Shown: positions 49,497 to 64,000 of the stretch, piece after piece | Layout: the number at the start of each line of letters is the position of its first letter | Numbering within the stretch: the first letter of the stretch is position 1 | Source: Antedon mediterranea | Lineage: Eukaryota; Animalia; Echinodermata | Direction: 5' to 3' | Length of the DNA: 64,000 nucleotides | Assembly: GCF_964355755.1 (NCBI RefSeq) | Contig: NC_092670.1 | Location: 38,490,388 to 38,554,387, forward strand | Notes under the pieces: model-generated | The model's input: only the letters and a program-made list of their open reading frames with translations | The model's database searches: none | Told to the model about the DNA's origin: nothing | Position numbers and translations under genes: made by a program

Positions 49497-52400
49497 TTTA
49501 TGTTGTTGTATCTAGTCGAAGTATTGTTACCACCGGAGAAATACTATTGATATCTTTACTACTATTCGCCCAAACGGTAACCGACCACTTTTTTCTGGTT
49601 TCAACTTGAAATGTTCGTAAGACCAGTGAGTTTTTAAAGCCGTTCCAAAACAACAAAACTGTCAAATCACCTGTTCTGTACTATTCAATTAAAGTTATCG
49701 AAGTGTTGTTCACTGATTATATACACCGGCAAAACAGTAGTGCTAGCCTTCAAGTTAACCCAGCCGTGGACCACATATCCATTCAGGTGTGAAACTATTC
49801 ACCATTTGATACATAACAAATAGCCCGAATTACTAGCTACCAACCCTTTAAGATGGGTACGAGCTTTCAGCTTATTGTTAGATGTATTGTTCCAGATTCT
49901 ATTCTTCTAAATCCTATTGTAATACGTCACTGCGAACTAAAACTATGCAAAATAACAATGGGTTCAATATTCACATCTGTCTTTGACATATCTGAGGTCA
50001 ACCAAATTGTTTTTACTGATCATAAGTTCGAGGTAAGCAACAATGATTACTTATATGACAAATAAATAAGTACAATGAAAGTGTTGTAATGCCATGACGT
50101 CATAATTAAGCGTTGTGATAGAACATAAACAACATCTATATAATTTACATAATTTATTATATTGTATAATTTCTATTTTCATATAAAATATAGACAATTA
50201 AGACAATTGTATTGTCCCCAAAAAACATGAAAAATGAAGATTAATAAAAAAAAATGAATATGTTTTGGTCAAAGTAATAATAATAACCTTTATGTGGAAT
50301 TAATATGGCATATTCAACAACAAAAATTATTTCTTCAGGGGGATAATATATCTAATATTTAATTTTATAATATATAACTTTTGATAATTTTTTGATTTAA
50401 TTTCTGGATCGTGGATCGAGTCCTCACAGAGAACATTTTTTTTGTGCTTTTATACATAACAAAACTATAAAAATATTTTTTTTAAATTTTTATTTAAAAG
50501 TGTTCTGGAAACTGTAAGTAGATAGGCCTATGTTATGTTATGTAAATAGGCTTATTTTATTTCTATTTACAATTTTCTGAAAGTGGTGGCAGCATAATCA
50601 AATATCTAATACAAAATTCGTTGGTCTTAATGATCCCGTACCACAGGCTTCTACAAATTCCTTCCTGTCTAGTCTAGGATCTATAGTCTGTATACGTTCC
50701 TCTAGCCACACTGTATTCTGTAAAATTAATGGAAATAAATATCAGAAAACACTTTTCGGCAACATACTAATTTAAACATGGGTTAATTTGAAATCTGCCA
50801 AACTCTGTCGTAATTCATTACCATAATATATCATCTAGCGATTTTTCCTGGTAAATTATAGTATTTGAAAGAAATAACAGAACTTATCAGATAACTGAAT
50901 GGGCCATCATCTCATCTATCCCCTTCAGGCTCATTGGCCAATAAGGCTGTATGTGTAAATTCTTTCTAAAAACTCTACACTATCAAACTTTATGTGACAA
51001 AAAATGTGATGTGCCCATATATGGACATGATGATGTCATATCACTATCATAATTTGGGCATATCAGTACCATATTTGGCCACATCACACTTTTTTTTGTC
51101 AAACTGGTTTGATAGTGTAGACTTTAGCACATCTTCTGATCTTAACTTACTTAGGCCTATAGACGTATTCTTCTTAATTTACCTCAGTACTTTGGAGTAT
51201 CTATATATAAATTTACGTAAGGGCAAAAATCGGTAAATCGCGCGTTATTTCTAGAATGTTTACTCGATGGTATATAAAGTTGGTTCGTACTTTCGGTACT
51301 GATTTTAACCACCTGATGTAACCCTGTTTACTAATTAAATTGAGTTCGATTATTAGTTATTGACGATTAAAACGAATTTAGGTTCAACGATTTGCCCCAA
51401 ATAGGGGTGTTTTCCGATCGTGGTATACACTGTCTAATGGATGTCCGTGTTGAAAAATACCCGCACACAATAATACGAGGACACTTCGCATTTTCCTATC
51501 TCCTCCTACGATAATTGTTTTTAATAGCTGAAAACCGGTTGAACAGTTCGAGTACAGCATCATAATGTTGAAGACAGGCCGATTTTCTTTAAAAAATGCT
51601 ATTTTGATACATGTAATATACGTTTTCACAAATGTATTGATTTGTGATGAATGGAACATTCCAAATTATTTGGTTTAACCATAGAGGTATAGATTTAGAT
51701 TTATGGGCCCCCTTGGAGAATAAACATAAATAGTATTGCAATGCTGTACAATACTGTTAAGGTATTAACCACTTTTGATCGCAATTTGAATCACAAATTT
51801 CTTACTGTGAGTGTTGGTACTGTTAGATATAATATAAACAAATATACAAATAAACTTTATTACTGTGAGTGTGGGTAGGCCCTACTGTTAGATTATAAAC
51901 ATATAATATACAAATAAATAAACGTTATTACTGACAGTTGCTTCTCAACGTTTGTATTAATTAATAATTTAAAAATATATAAACGTACGTAGTGGTGTAT
52001 CGTTACATGTACTTTACTATTTCAATCGACTATGACAGTGAGAGTTTTAACAAAGTATTAAATCGTAAATGTTTTACTGTATTTAGTGGTATATTATTTA
52101 TAGGCCTATAAAACAATAAAAACAATATTTCGTTACTGAGTGGATAAGAATATATTTTAAAATGTTTCCTCTTTGTACCTATCTTCTTCCCCCATACCTC
52201 AACCCTTAATGTTACATACAAAACACAAATTGGGTTTGTTTAAATGAGTCCAAATAAAAAAATTTGACTCATTTTGTTTCTCTCTCGGAAGTAATTCCCA
52301 GGGTGCTAATTTTAGCTGACTACATAAATCATCGTGTATATTTATTCGTTTCTGTAAACGACATTGTATTATAGTCCTGCAGTACGTACATTTGAAATCT

Positions 52401-52542
52401 CCATTTTTTTCTCGCTGGAAAATACTGTGTATTCGAGAACCATCTGTGGGCACGACCTAGATGGTACGCGAGCGAAGCGAGCGTGCCATCTAGTTATATG
52501 AAATTTGACGAATGAATTATAAAAACATAATTTTAATCTTAC

Positions 52543-55500
52543 TTTATCAAGCTGTTCTGCAACCTGTATTCTATCGTGAATATATATACCAAAACTAGTT
52601 TTCATTAATTCTACCCTCTGCTCCTCAAAACGTTCCAATTCCTACGAAAAACAGATCAAACAAACTTAGACCAATACAAATTTAATAACAATATTAACAA
52701 GACATTTTTAGGAATTTGTTGATGATATTGATTAAAATAACTTTGTTATTATTGTAATAACTTTCTTTTAGAACATCACCTTAGCATCACTATCAACAGT
52801 GGCGTTAAACTTGGTTCCCACTAGCGACGCAACGCAAGTACGTAATACAACGTAAGTGATTTGACCAATCACAAGCGATGGATTATTCGAACAGTGGCTT
52901 GTCATTGGTCAACTCGTTTGCGTTCAACGCGTACGTCTTTGCGTTCCGTCGCTAGTGGGAACCACTCTTTAGGGGAAGAGAGAGGTGGGAAGAGAGTTTA
53001 GAAGAATAAACAAAATAAAGAGTTTTTATATTGACTATAGATATTATAGGACTCTATATGGAAAATGGAAATTCTAACCAATGATGACGTCACCATCTCT
53101 GCCATCCATGCGCGTTGAGCTTCGTTGTAACTCTTTATTGTTAACTTCAGTTCCTCCTCTGTAAAATGATTATATTTACTGCATTAGGCATATTTTTTCA
53201 CTGGCGAATTTATTCGAAAGTCTTGGCTAAATTTTAACTCCTTTTCTCTCTATATATATGGTAGTGATATGCCCGAATATTGCAGTGATATGACATCATC
53301 ATGTCCATATATGGGTATATTACATGTTTTTGTCACATAAGGTTTGATAGTGTAGACAGAGCTTTAACTTTTTAAAAGCTGTAGGAACCTTACCGCATTG
53401 ATCGAGTTCAGTTCTTGCTCGATGCTTTCCCGCCTGAAATGTGTATGAACATAATACATAATAAAGATAATGAACATTTACACGTGACTACTATTTTTTA
53501 TTTTATTTTATTTTTTATTTTTTATTTTATGTCTTTAGGCAATGTGGCCAAGGATTACCAATAGTGAATTAATCACTGTCCTATCAGATAGGTGGTAATC
53601 CCCCTGATACAGGGGCTATTGTGTGAACCAGTTCACCGGGATAACCCCCTACTCTTTTTCGAATAATGAACTGGGTTCTTTAAAGTACACACAGGTTATA
53701 ACTGTGTACACTGGACCTACGGTTTATAGTCCTTATCCGAGAAGACTTGTTCCACCACCAGAACTAGGAGCGAGTCGGCCTCGAACCCTTGCCGATGTTG
53801 GTGTTGGCTCTTTAGGTACGGTAAACGGCGCCCCTGCCTTAACCGCTCGGCCATATGACTCACTCATATGACTACTGGTCACTCAATACGTATAAATATC
53901 AACTCATCATGAAATGCAACATTATATGTTTTGTACTCGGGGACGTTTTGCCAATACCATTTCGTCGACAGACATTTTGCCGACAGGAATTGGCCGACAG
54001 GACATTTTGCCTACAGGACATTTAGCCGACAGGACATTTCGCCAACAGAAACCATATATTTATAGAAACTTTTAACAAACTTGTTCCATGAAATGGAACT
54101 TATTTTTTGTGTGTTAGCTATCATTGTATATTGGTCTATGATACTTGTTGTCAAATTGTCACAATTGAATGAAATGCTAGTTTACCACAGAAGTTAAAAA
54201 AAGTAACAAGTAAATAATTCAATACTTACATTTGTTCTACTAGATCCAAGTTTGTCTTCCTTATCTGCTACTTTCTTTATCGCCCTCTCGATTGCATTGT
54301 ATTTCCCTTGAAGTAGTTTTCTCTTTTTTGTTACCCGTTCAGTGGCCTAAGATAAAGAATAAGCCTTTAAATTGCGACTACCAGGACCTTACACACATTT
54401 TGTGTCGTGTCGTCGCATGGAAGCAAAATTTCCCTTCGTACATAACTTAGGGACCCCTCAAAACGTAAAAAATAACCATGAATATTCATTAACCATGAAT
54501 ATTCGTTATCCATAAGGTGTGACGTTAGAATTGACCCAACTATAATTCGCTAATGCAAACGCTTTTCGTTGAGCCGTCTGAGTAGTCGACTGGATTAGAC
54601 CTTGCATGTCGGCGTATGAGGTTCGAATCCCATGAGCAACTTCTTTTTACTTTATAGTAAGATTATTTAGGGGGTTAGGTTTAGATATAATTAGGAAGTA
54701 GTTCCCATATCCCAGTATAACACAATGAAACATGTGACGTAACTGTTATTACGATACGTTATTACGTCACAAACCAAACGCTCCTAATAAATACATCACA
54801 ACATGTAGTGCAGTAAAATGATAAACCTTTACAAAATATCAAATCGCCGGAAGCTGTTTGTCTTAACCTAATCTAAAATTGGCTATAAACAAATATTATT
54901 TTCGGTTTGCTTTCATTTTGTAAACTAATTTAATTTTAAAGTATTTTTTATTGGACCAATTCCTTCTGAAATTGAAACTTACCTCAACGTACAGTTTTGA
55001 TAGTATCCTAGTTTTGTTTGCTTTTTAACTAACCTTTCTTGTTCCGTCTCGGACTTTCTGTACGTAAGCCATCAGTTCTTTCCTTCCCTTCTCTACTAAG
55101 CTTATCGCCCACAAGCGATGCACCTCTGCCTCGTCTTCTATTGACCGTACGATATCCCTCCATACAGCACCCAATGTTCTAAAAGTAGGTAAAAAAACAA
55201 TGCTCGGTGGTCTAGAGGTATGAATGCCAGGGAGGTCGTGGGTTCGAGTCCCACCCGAGAATTACTTGCGTATTTTTTTAAGTATTCTCAATGTACTTAG
55301 TATAAAGTACAAATTACGTCAGAGTAGGGCAAAACATCTAACCAAAAGACTATGCTCATAAGGAAATAATTAACAATATATTATTATCATAAAACATAAC
55401 TACTAATGTGGTAAATAATATTATCTAGTAAATATTACAGTTCAAACATGAGTATTTGAACTGTTATACTGTACAAGTAATTTTATCTTTCAGTATTTCA

Positions 55501-57632
55501 TTTTACAATCAGATAGGCCTAATAACCGGTCATTGTTATTGCACAATTAATTCTATTAAAGCAGAGAAGCGGAATATTTGATTGATTGACGCTTTATTTC
55601 TTAATAAAAATTGCATATATACAACAAACAATACAAAACGGAAAATCACACTAAAATAGGATTTCTCCCATTTAGTGAGAAGATTTGAACAGTTCGTTAG
55701 TACGTACACATCATTTTCACTATTCAAAACTCTTATTCTATAACCATAGATGCACTTGCGGACATGCTCGTAGAAAGAGGCAATTCTGCTCGTAAAAAGA
55801 GGCAATTCTCCTCGTAGAAACATGTTACTAGCAGTACAGTGCTTAGGTACGTAAGAGCCTGCAACATTTCTCAATAAGTTGTTAATACTCTTTTCTGGGA
55901 ATAAAGAGATTATTTAATAAAAAAAATACAATTTACTTAACAAAATACTTTAGATATTCATCATCTACTCACCCAGGCTCGTCCATGCCAAGATTACTTT
56001 TAGAAATCCTCAACAGCGATTTGGCGTATGCGTCCTCAGCAGATGCTCTAAGGATGACACAATAATAGTAATTTTCTGGCAACTATTCAAACGTGAAAAA
56101 AAACTTGCCAATTACAGTATTGGAAACTACGTATTATAATGGAGAAATAAGCTTATTTCTCCATTGTATTCTTGCTTGGTGTATGATAATTTTGAGTGTA
56201 TATTATTAAAGTCATGGCGCATGTTTTTGCTCAGCCGTATATTTTAGCTATGGTAAGCCTATACATATTCACGTTCAACGTATATTTTTGCATATTCATG
56301 TTTTGTTGAGGCGCGCGTATTATTTCGGTCATGGTAAATGCTCAGTCTGGCGACTCCCAACCAGGATTTTAATCCATAATTGGCAAGTTTGCAACCGAAC
56401 TTTCTTCATGAAGTGTGATCAGTAAAAATCGACATGGATTATGAATGTGGTAAAGAAGGGGGTGGTGAAGATTTCTATTGCTTTAACTTACCTTTCCTTG
56501 ATTATCTTTGACATCTGTTGAAACAAATCACGACCACGCTGCTGTTTATCAAGAAGGACATCAAATCCGGTCTTACTTGTGTCCTTGTCGGACTAAAAAT
56601 AATAGTTTTTAATGTTGAGTTTAAATCAATTTCAGTATGTTAGTGTTTTTTTTCCATAGAAAGGTTCAAACAACAATTCACAGCAATGAACTATGCAATA
56701 GTGAATAGAGAGTATTTCTGAAAGTTATTAATTTCCAAAACTGTTTGAATACATCAGTAATGATTTTATGTTAATTACCCAAAAATGGTCACAGTAGCTG
56801 TAATCATCTATATCCCGCAACGTGTTTGCTTTATATCCTCTTTCTGCACGAGGGAATGTTACAAAGTTGATCTATTTAAGAAAGCGATTAATAAATAGTA
56901 GTAAAGAAATAGTAGTAAAGAAATAGTGCATGTAGCCATAGTCAGTAGATGCTATAGCACGTTTATAATGTTTGCAACGCAATTAGGTTTATCCAAATTA
57001 CAAGCGACTGTTCGGATGCGCTGCTCTCATATAAATCGCATCGTGTTTGGTCAAATTACTTTCGGTATGATTATAATACGTCAATTTTGTTGCATCCAAG
57101 TTTGAACAAACAGCTTTATTTTAACAATCAAGACTTACCAATTTATTATATGATTTTTCGTTGCGTGAATGTCTGTCATCCCTGCTCTCAGTACTTTTCA
57201 TTACCATGTAATTATATTCGTCATAAACTGTAAGTATAATACTATCTCATCATAATTAATTCATAAACATGCTCAACTTAAGTAACCTTTTAGTAAATTT
57301 AGGGCAGAACGGTTAGAGCAAGACATACATAAATAGAGGCTTGTGCATTAACATGTTGTTGTTCTGTCTGAACTATCAAACTTTATCTGACAAAAAGTGA
57401 TGTGCCCATATCACTACCATATTTAAGTATATTACTACCATATTTGGGCAGATCACACTTTTTTTGTCAAAGTACTTTGATTGTAGGGGTCCGGGACCGC
57501 GACAGAACGACAACGGATGGGGACCCTCCAAAGAAATTGCATTTTATTTGTCAGGAATGTGTATGATTTATTTCTTTTTTATTTTTAAATGCGCCTTGAG
57601 CACTCTGGAGTGGTATGTGCGCTATAAAAATC

Positions 57633-57664
<32 letters not shown>

Positions 57665-59905
57665 GTGCATACAGAGCTTTACGCTAAATCACGCGAAGAA
57701 TGCTTGTGTGTATGGTCGTTCTACTTACCAGGTGATGGGTCAACTAATCTTTGCTGACTGGAAGTAATTTCAACGTATGAAGATTCTGTAATATTTTAGA
57801 AAAGTGTTAATAATAGAATGCCTATATTGTTTTATTTAATATTTCTTTAAATGTATCTTTAATTGGACTTACCAGAATTATCGAAGTTGCCCTTAAAATA
57901 CAAAAATTAAAACTAAGTTAGAAAATATCAAAATGTTTGTGAAAGAGTACTGTATTTTGCATATTCCGGGGTAACATGCTTGGTTTAGTCAGTAGACTGT
58001 GGGCTATGCTAGGCTAGTACTGTAGCTTAGTAATTATATGTGTAATTACGGTATAGAACTTTATATGATTTTTAAAGTATTTACGAATGATAGTTATACA
58101 GTAGCCAAGACTAGATTATTGAATCATTGGCGTTCCATACTAGTCAAAAGATCCTATTCTACTTACTTGTGTTTGTAGTTGTTTGAGTGCGCCATCAAGA
58201 GCATCAGCATAGTCTGTCGCTGTTCTTGGCATTGCTATGGATGAGTCAACTAAACAGCAAAAATGGTTGCATATCAAGTTTGTTTAGAAAATCACATCTT
58301 TCAACTATTATGTCAAATTTACGTTTATGTCAAATTAAAAGTAGAGCGCGTATGCATGTTAACTATTGAGAAAAATTACCAAAAACACCCCAAATTCTCT
58401 TTAAATGATTCTATAAAATTACTTGATATAGGCCTATCATAAATATTTGATATGAATATTGACATTGTCAAAAACTAAAATAATCTTCAAAATAATTGGT
58501 AATGAATTAAAGATATATTGTCTCCTAAAAAACAACATTGGTTGTTGAATATGCCATTTTAATGTCACTTAATATAGTTATTTACTTTGACCAAAAATTA
58601 GATCGAAACAAAATTGTTTAGCTGAAAAAAACTGTAATTTAACGCAAAAAAAATAGTTAAATTGACTGGAAGTCCATGGGTTGTTGGTTTAATTTAACAG
58701 TTTTTTTTTTGTCTTTTTAAAAACATTAAAAAACATACGGAAGTGATTAACTTTATTAAAACTGCGAAATGGACTATTCAACGTCTTTTCTTCATTGTTT
58801 ATGTTTTTTTGGAGAAGAATACATCTTAATAATAAAAATAAAATAACTACCTGATATATCAGAAATGTTTGATATACGTGACAATGTAGAACCAGATCGA
58901 ACCAATGGCCGGGGTTCATGCACAGACTCGGTGGGAAGGTTCAACTTTGGTCTTGGTGTTCCCGTTGGCACCATGTAAACATCACCTTCGTTTAAAAACC
59001 GTCGGTTTCTAGGAGGCAAATTGGGCGTTTGCTGTACGAAAACATAATATTTGAAATGTGATATTGTGCACTAAAATGAAGTACATACATACATAGTTAT
59101 TTCATCGTGTTTGTAGTATACAAACTTATGATGGTTATCTATAAGCTATTAACTTAGCAGATAATTGAAATAATACACCAAACATCAATGGATCAATATA
59201 ATAAGATTGTATTTTTTTGCTGCGGTTCTTTCTTGATTCGTCAGATTTACCACTACACAATTAAACATCATGAAATAGTTTACCTATTTAATTAAACATA
59301 TCAAAGTATATTAAAAACATATTTCAAAGCTATAGGATTTTGGAAAATGGTTGATGTGCCTTGTGTTTTTATTTTCTGTTGAACCATTATTACTGTAAAA
59401 ATTTGTTTTCGAAATTCTTAAAGTTAGTGAAAATATTATCTAAGTTCGTTATTGCTATGTTCATGCTTGTATCACCTGTAGGCCTACTATTTGTTTGCCA
59501 TGTTGGACACCGTTATCCCTAGTTGTCAATAAAGGATAACAATATAGCCATCTTCCTATATACGGTATATAATCTATTCTTATGATTATCTGGCGCATTA
59601 ACTTAGACATAATAAACAAAGGTAATAACCGCTCAGCGGCCTTTAAGGAGGCCACTAGATTACTGACTTTTTCCTGAAAAAACGTGGGTGTAGCTTACCA
59701 CCAAATCCATTCTAGCAGCTTTTTCGGATGGAAACCACCCTCGCTTGTTGCCAATTTCCCCGTAAATCCAGTTCCCATCTTCTGAGATGTGGAGGCCTTC
59801 GATAAGCTGACCGGCTTCAAAGTGGAGTGCGTCCGCTTGGTTTGAGTCCAGATAGGAACAAGACGCTTTGTAACCCATGCCAGGGGAGAAACTATGGGAA
59901 GCCAT
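52543..59905 (-). CDS. GAS7: GAS7-like SH3 + F-BAR protein (terminal exon unresolved)
   Basis: Phase-consistent exons: 59905-59699 (SH3: ALHFEAGQ...GNWIYGEIGNKRGWFP), 59031-58851, 58249-58167, 57891-57873, 57785-57729, 57227-57139, 56871-56779 (INFVTFP...YSYCDHFW), 56592-56492 (GFDVLLDKQQRG), 56047-55973 (EDAYAKSL), 55178-55034 (DEAEVH), 54346-54230, 53433-53394, 53158-53079 (YNEAQRAWMAEMVTSSL), 52641-52543 (ELERFEEQRVE). The order and motifs follow vertebrate GAS7 as I recall it. Confidence 0.85.
53490..53862 (-). mobile_element. tRNA-derived SINE with a Deu/Nin-like central domain
   Basis: Minus strand: A box TGGCCGAGCGG, B box GGTTCGAGGCC, then CGGATAAGGACTATAAACCGTAGGTCC...TTAAAGAACCC...GAGTAGGGGGTTATCCCCGGTG and an (AAAAT)n tail. 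Confidence 0.7.
55200..55262 (+). pseudogene. Internally deleted tRNA-like head (SINE remnant)
   Basis: CTCGGTGGTCTAGAGG (A box) and GTGGGTTCGAGTCCCAC (T arm) with CTCGG/CCGAG stem; the anticodon arm is missing. Confidence 0.5.
55560..55874 (-). mobile_element. Degenerate 3' fragment of a non-LTR retrotransposon ORF2
   Basis: CTASNMF...SFYEHVRKCIYGYRIRVLNSEN resembles the C-terminal motif of CR1/L2-superclade RTs. It ends in AATAAA and (TCAA)n on the minus strand. Confidence 0.55.
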
Positions 59906-62900
59906 GTTAAGCTATGTAAATCATCAGTGTGATGATAAATGGAAGTTTTAGCATTGATATTAATAGTTGACTAATTAATGATAAGATAAACGATTCAGAT
60001 AAAATAATTCAAGATATTTCATTGGTCTGCATAACAAAACAAATACCAAAAAAAAAACAACCCCTGTGCTATTCAAAGTTCAAACATGAGTTTAGCAGGG
60101 AAGTTCAACAATTAGTGTAACATATCGATGCTTAGCATGATATTAGGTAAAACGTTTCACGGCCTTGATGAAAATAAAAAAAACACTTCATCTTTTTATC
60201 AATATATTTTAAAGTTCTGTTTAAGCAATTGCAATCACAAAACTATTTATTGCACTTAGGCCGAATCACCCCATGGCTTATTATTATCAATTAAACAGAG
60301 TAATGTTTGTCTGCGACCCCCGGTGGAATGGTTTTGTGATTATCACCCACTCTTTTGTAGAAATTAAAGGTTGGGCAATATTGTAATACTCTGTTCTATT
60401 TATTACCACAGTAGTAGGATTTTAGATTGAAGGACGCTTAAATCGTACTTAAATTATTGGCAATATTATCATGCGATTCAAAAGGTCACTAAAATATAGT
60501 TCACAAGAACATTGAAGTATGCCTATACAATCTGTATGTATGATGAGGAGGAACAGTTTTACTCTTTTCTTTTTTTACGTTTTAGCACATTTTGTGACGT
60601 CAGCATACAATAGTATTTCCCTACTACAGTATAACAAAAGAAATCTAAAACGAACTATAGGATAACCATCTATGCTCATGAAAATAATATTTTCACTCGT
60701 CCAAACAAATGATTAGTAAGAACAATACTATATTGATCATGACGTCATTTGATTGGATTTTTAGAAATAGTATTAAATGGTCATCCTATAGTTCTAGAAT
60801 GGAAACTGTTCAAATTGTTTTTGTTTTATGTATGAAAATGTATGTTTATCCATTTATCGTCGATCATTATCATCTTAAGTGGTAGCTTGGATTTGAACAA
60901 GGTACTTATGTTTGCATATAATAAAACAGCGGTATTCAAATCACATTTAAAACTTTAAAAATTCGTTGTAGCTTATCCTGACCTCCCGCGACACATTGAA
61001 CCCACATTGGCCACACAATGAACGCACATTGAACGCACATTGAAACGTGAGAAACAGGTATAAATCCAGGTTGATCTTGGCCGGCACACAGGAAAATAAA
61101 ATAGAGAACATTAGCGGATAATTAGAATTAGAACGAGTTCTTGAACTTCGTCTGGTCAATTGATTGCGGCCTTGGGCAAAGATCTTCCTATATATTGTCT
61201 TAAATTTCCCCTCAGAAAAAGAGAGTGCCAAATGCGATGCAGAACAAACAACGCCCCGGGGAGTCGAAGTATGTGGCAATTCAGTGTTTTACAATCGTGA
61301 ATGTAGTAATGATGTGATTTTAAACCAAAAGTCTTTTTAATCATCTCAATCATTATGATTGACATTACTATTATCATAATCAACGAACTCAAGGTCGGAA
61401 ACGAATATTTTGGGAAATCTGTAATTATCTTAACATGCTGAACTCGTTCCAGCATGGCCCTATATTGTAATACGAGTTTAGTAATACTGATTTGGCAACA
61501 AAACTGTAATGAAGTTAGTGCCATTCTATTTCCAAACAGATAATATGTTTTTTACCACCTTAAATTAAAGATGTAAAAATAATGTTTACAATTTTTTTGT
61601 TGTTGTTGAATATGCCATTATAATGTCACATAATAGTTATCCACTTTATTGGCTGCCATCCAATGGATTTTTGGTTGAATTTAACCATTTATCATGTTAT
61701 TTTACAAGTGAAAACATTATTTTTTCAGGTTTTTTTCTACGGAGGTGATTAACTTTTTTTTTGTCTTGTGTGGGTTCGTTCGTCCCACTTTTATTATCAT
61801 ACTCTGTTATAAATGTTATATTTTTTGAACATATTTTTTTCTCTCGTTTATATCTTACAATGTTAAAAGTAATTGTAATAAAAACATTGCATTCGTTATT
61901 TTACGTTTAAAAAAAGTAATTTAAATATATAAAATAATTAACAAAATGCCTAATAAAAGACAATAAAAATTGATTAAAAACGTACTTTTGACATTAACTT
62001 TATTAAAACTACAAAGTAACCTATTCAAAGTCTGATTTAATTAATCTTCAGTTTTCATGTTTTTTGGGGAAAATACATCTTTTAACAAAACAAATTGAAA
62101 CAATCATGAGTATGTATATAGCCCTAAAAAATGTAAATCATAAAAAATAATAAGATAATTATAATAATAACAACTTAATTGCCCATGTAATGAACAGAAA
62201 TAAAATGTATATTGTCGGTAATCGATAATAAACATAACAAGAATAGTGTCTAGACAGATAGCAACGGAGTATTAATTATGAGTTTAACACCTGAATTACG
62301 TATCGATCGAACTGTGAGAGTACGGTTAGTCCTTGTACTCAAATTTACCGTTAGATTGTACCTTGTATGTGCGGCGTTCCTAAAGGAAATTCGACATTGA
62401 TAAAGATGTCTATTTTGTAAACCTTGATTATCATTTAAGGTCGATTATTTCTTATTGTTGTTATAGGTATACTGCCATCTGATCAATATCCTGATCAATA
62501 TCTTGATCAATATCCTGATAAATATCTTGATCAATATCTTGATCATTATTTATGCAAAACAAAAGAGACAAATCTCTTTAAAATATCCTATACAAGACAA
62601 AAATGGCAAAAGGCTTCCTACTTTCTAGAAATTTTATCAGATAATCTATATTGTTTTGACAACAGTTACTACAGTGCCGATTTTCCCCCTAACGGTGTAT
62701 GTATTATGTGCATCTACATGCCATAGGCCTATTATAAAATAAATAATAAAATCATAAATTATTTAGGAAAAATAGATATTAACACATGATATTGCATTGA
62801 TTTTATAATCAATTTTAATTTCACATTAAAGCGTATGTATAACAAAAATGGAAAAGAGTTACCCAAAAAAACCCAGGTGGCGAAAGTACATTTTAATTTA

Positions 62901-64000
62901 ATAGTATATAACCTTGTACTTATATTCCCTGTGGAGCTAAGTATGTTTTTTTGGCAATCATGTGAAACGTTGTATTTGCCAATAAAGATAAGAATACCTA
63001 TTATTATGTTTGTTGAGAATATCAATTTTTAAACCGCAAGTTTATCGAGAGAGCCTTGACTGTGGTGTGCGGCTTAATCCTTCTGCTCAAGATGTCATGT
63101 TTTAGACTTTCCTTTATCCAAACAATGAGTGACAGACCGTCAGGTGTAATGAAAAATAGTACACATGGGATAATATCAACGGGTGGGAGATCATGTATTT
63201 TTCAGGTAAGTAAGCTTTTTCTAAGCCTGTGGGATAAAATTGGATTTTGAAATAATTAATGAAGGTTGAAAACCAAAACCTGATAATCACCACCCTTCTA
63301 AAACAACTGAATAACTAGGGGTCATTGTTTTATAATGTTAAAATACTTAAAGCTCTGTCTACACTATCAAACTGTGTGTTACAAAAAAATGTGATGTGAC
63401 ACGATGATGTCATATTACTACCATATTGTTTGATAATATTAAAATGCTTTAATTAAGATTGAAGAAAATATTGACTCAATCTATCGATTTAATTTGTTTT
63501 TAAAATGGAAACAATGAAAAGAAATAAAACCAGCAATTTATATATAAAATAAAAGCATGTCAATGAATAGAAGTGTAAAAAATATCTTCGATAATGTATT
63601 TCTAAAAAACTATAACTACACTGTTTAAAAAAAGTCCAGTATGATCACCACTTTTACGTACCATTGTATGATAAGCAAGAATCGAAAATTATAAAAAGTT
63701 TACAAATAAATTTTAATGTAGAAAGGATGTATAATAATGTAAGTAGGTGTATACAACAACAAAAACAAAAGAAAACAAAATTACCCTTAAAGTTTCAAAC
63801 ACCGAAAAGAGATTACTTTTTTTTGTGAGAAATATTCAAGGTCATGCAAGTACTCAGCAGTACGGGGATTAACCAACAACGAAGGGGATTACACTAATAT
63901 TTATTTTTACCTTTATAGATTTAATCAGGATAAAGCAATATTTATAATGGTAAAGCCATGGAGTCTAAATTTGTACAGGTGTACCTCCAATTCGAAATAT

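Noticed and set aside
54983-55033. Apparent premature TAA stop in a GAS7-like exon ending at the strong donor near 54982
   Set aside because: The upstream donor AAG|gttagt at 55034 joins in phase to the next exon and restores colinearity with GAS7, so the stop is intronic.

Overview
AT-rich, intron-containing animal genomic DNA (invertebrate deuterostome-like; this is inference). Three host genes lie on the minus strand, and I assembled their exons by hand from GT/AG sites and reading phase: a GAS7-like SH3/F-BAR gene (about 52.5-59.9 kb), a two-exon FAM167-like gene (48.3-49.5 kb) and an ADCY8-like adenylate cyclase (22.6 kb to beyond base 1). The most notable object is a nested mobile-element complex between ADCY8-like and FAM167-like. 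It is an unusually large (15.4 kb, 29806-45228) Ginger1-type DNA transposon with TGT...ACA inverted termini and a CCGG target-site duplication. It encodes an apparently intact, spliced 847-aa Gypsy-type integrase (YPYY, HHCC, DDE, GPY/F) fused to an OTU protease domain. It also carries a 3.1-kb array of 132-bp units, two tandem tRNA-like cloverleaves (anticodon ATC), a solo LTR just upstream of the transposase start and a 1-kb palindrome. The Ginger element sits inside a second inverted-repeat element (28290-45858, CAGTGGGA termini, CTAC duplication). Introns are densely filled with at least five MITE families, including a self-nested copy that shows a 3-bp TTA/TAA duplication, plus SINE and LINE fragments and minisatellites.
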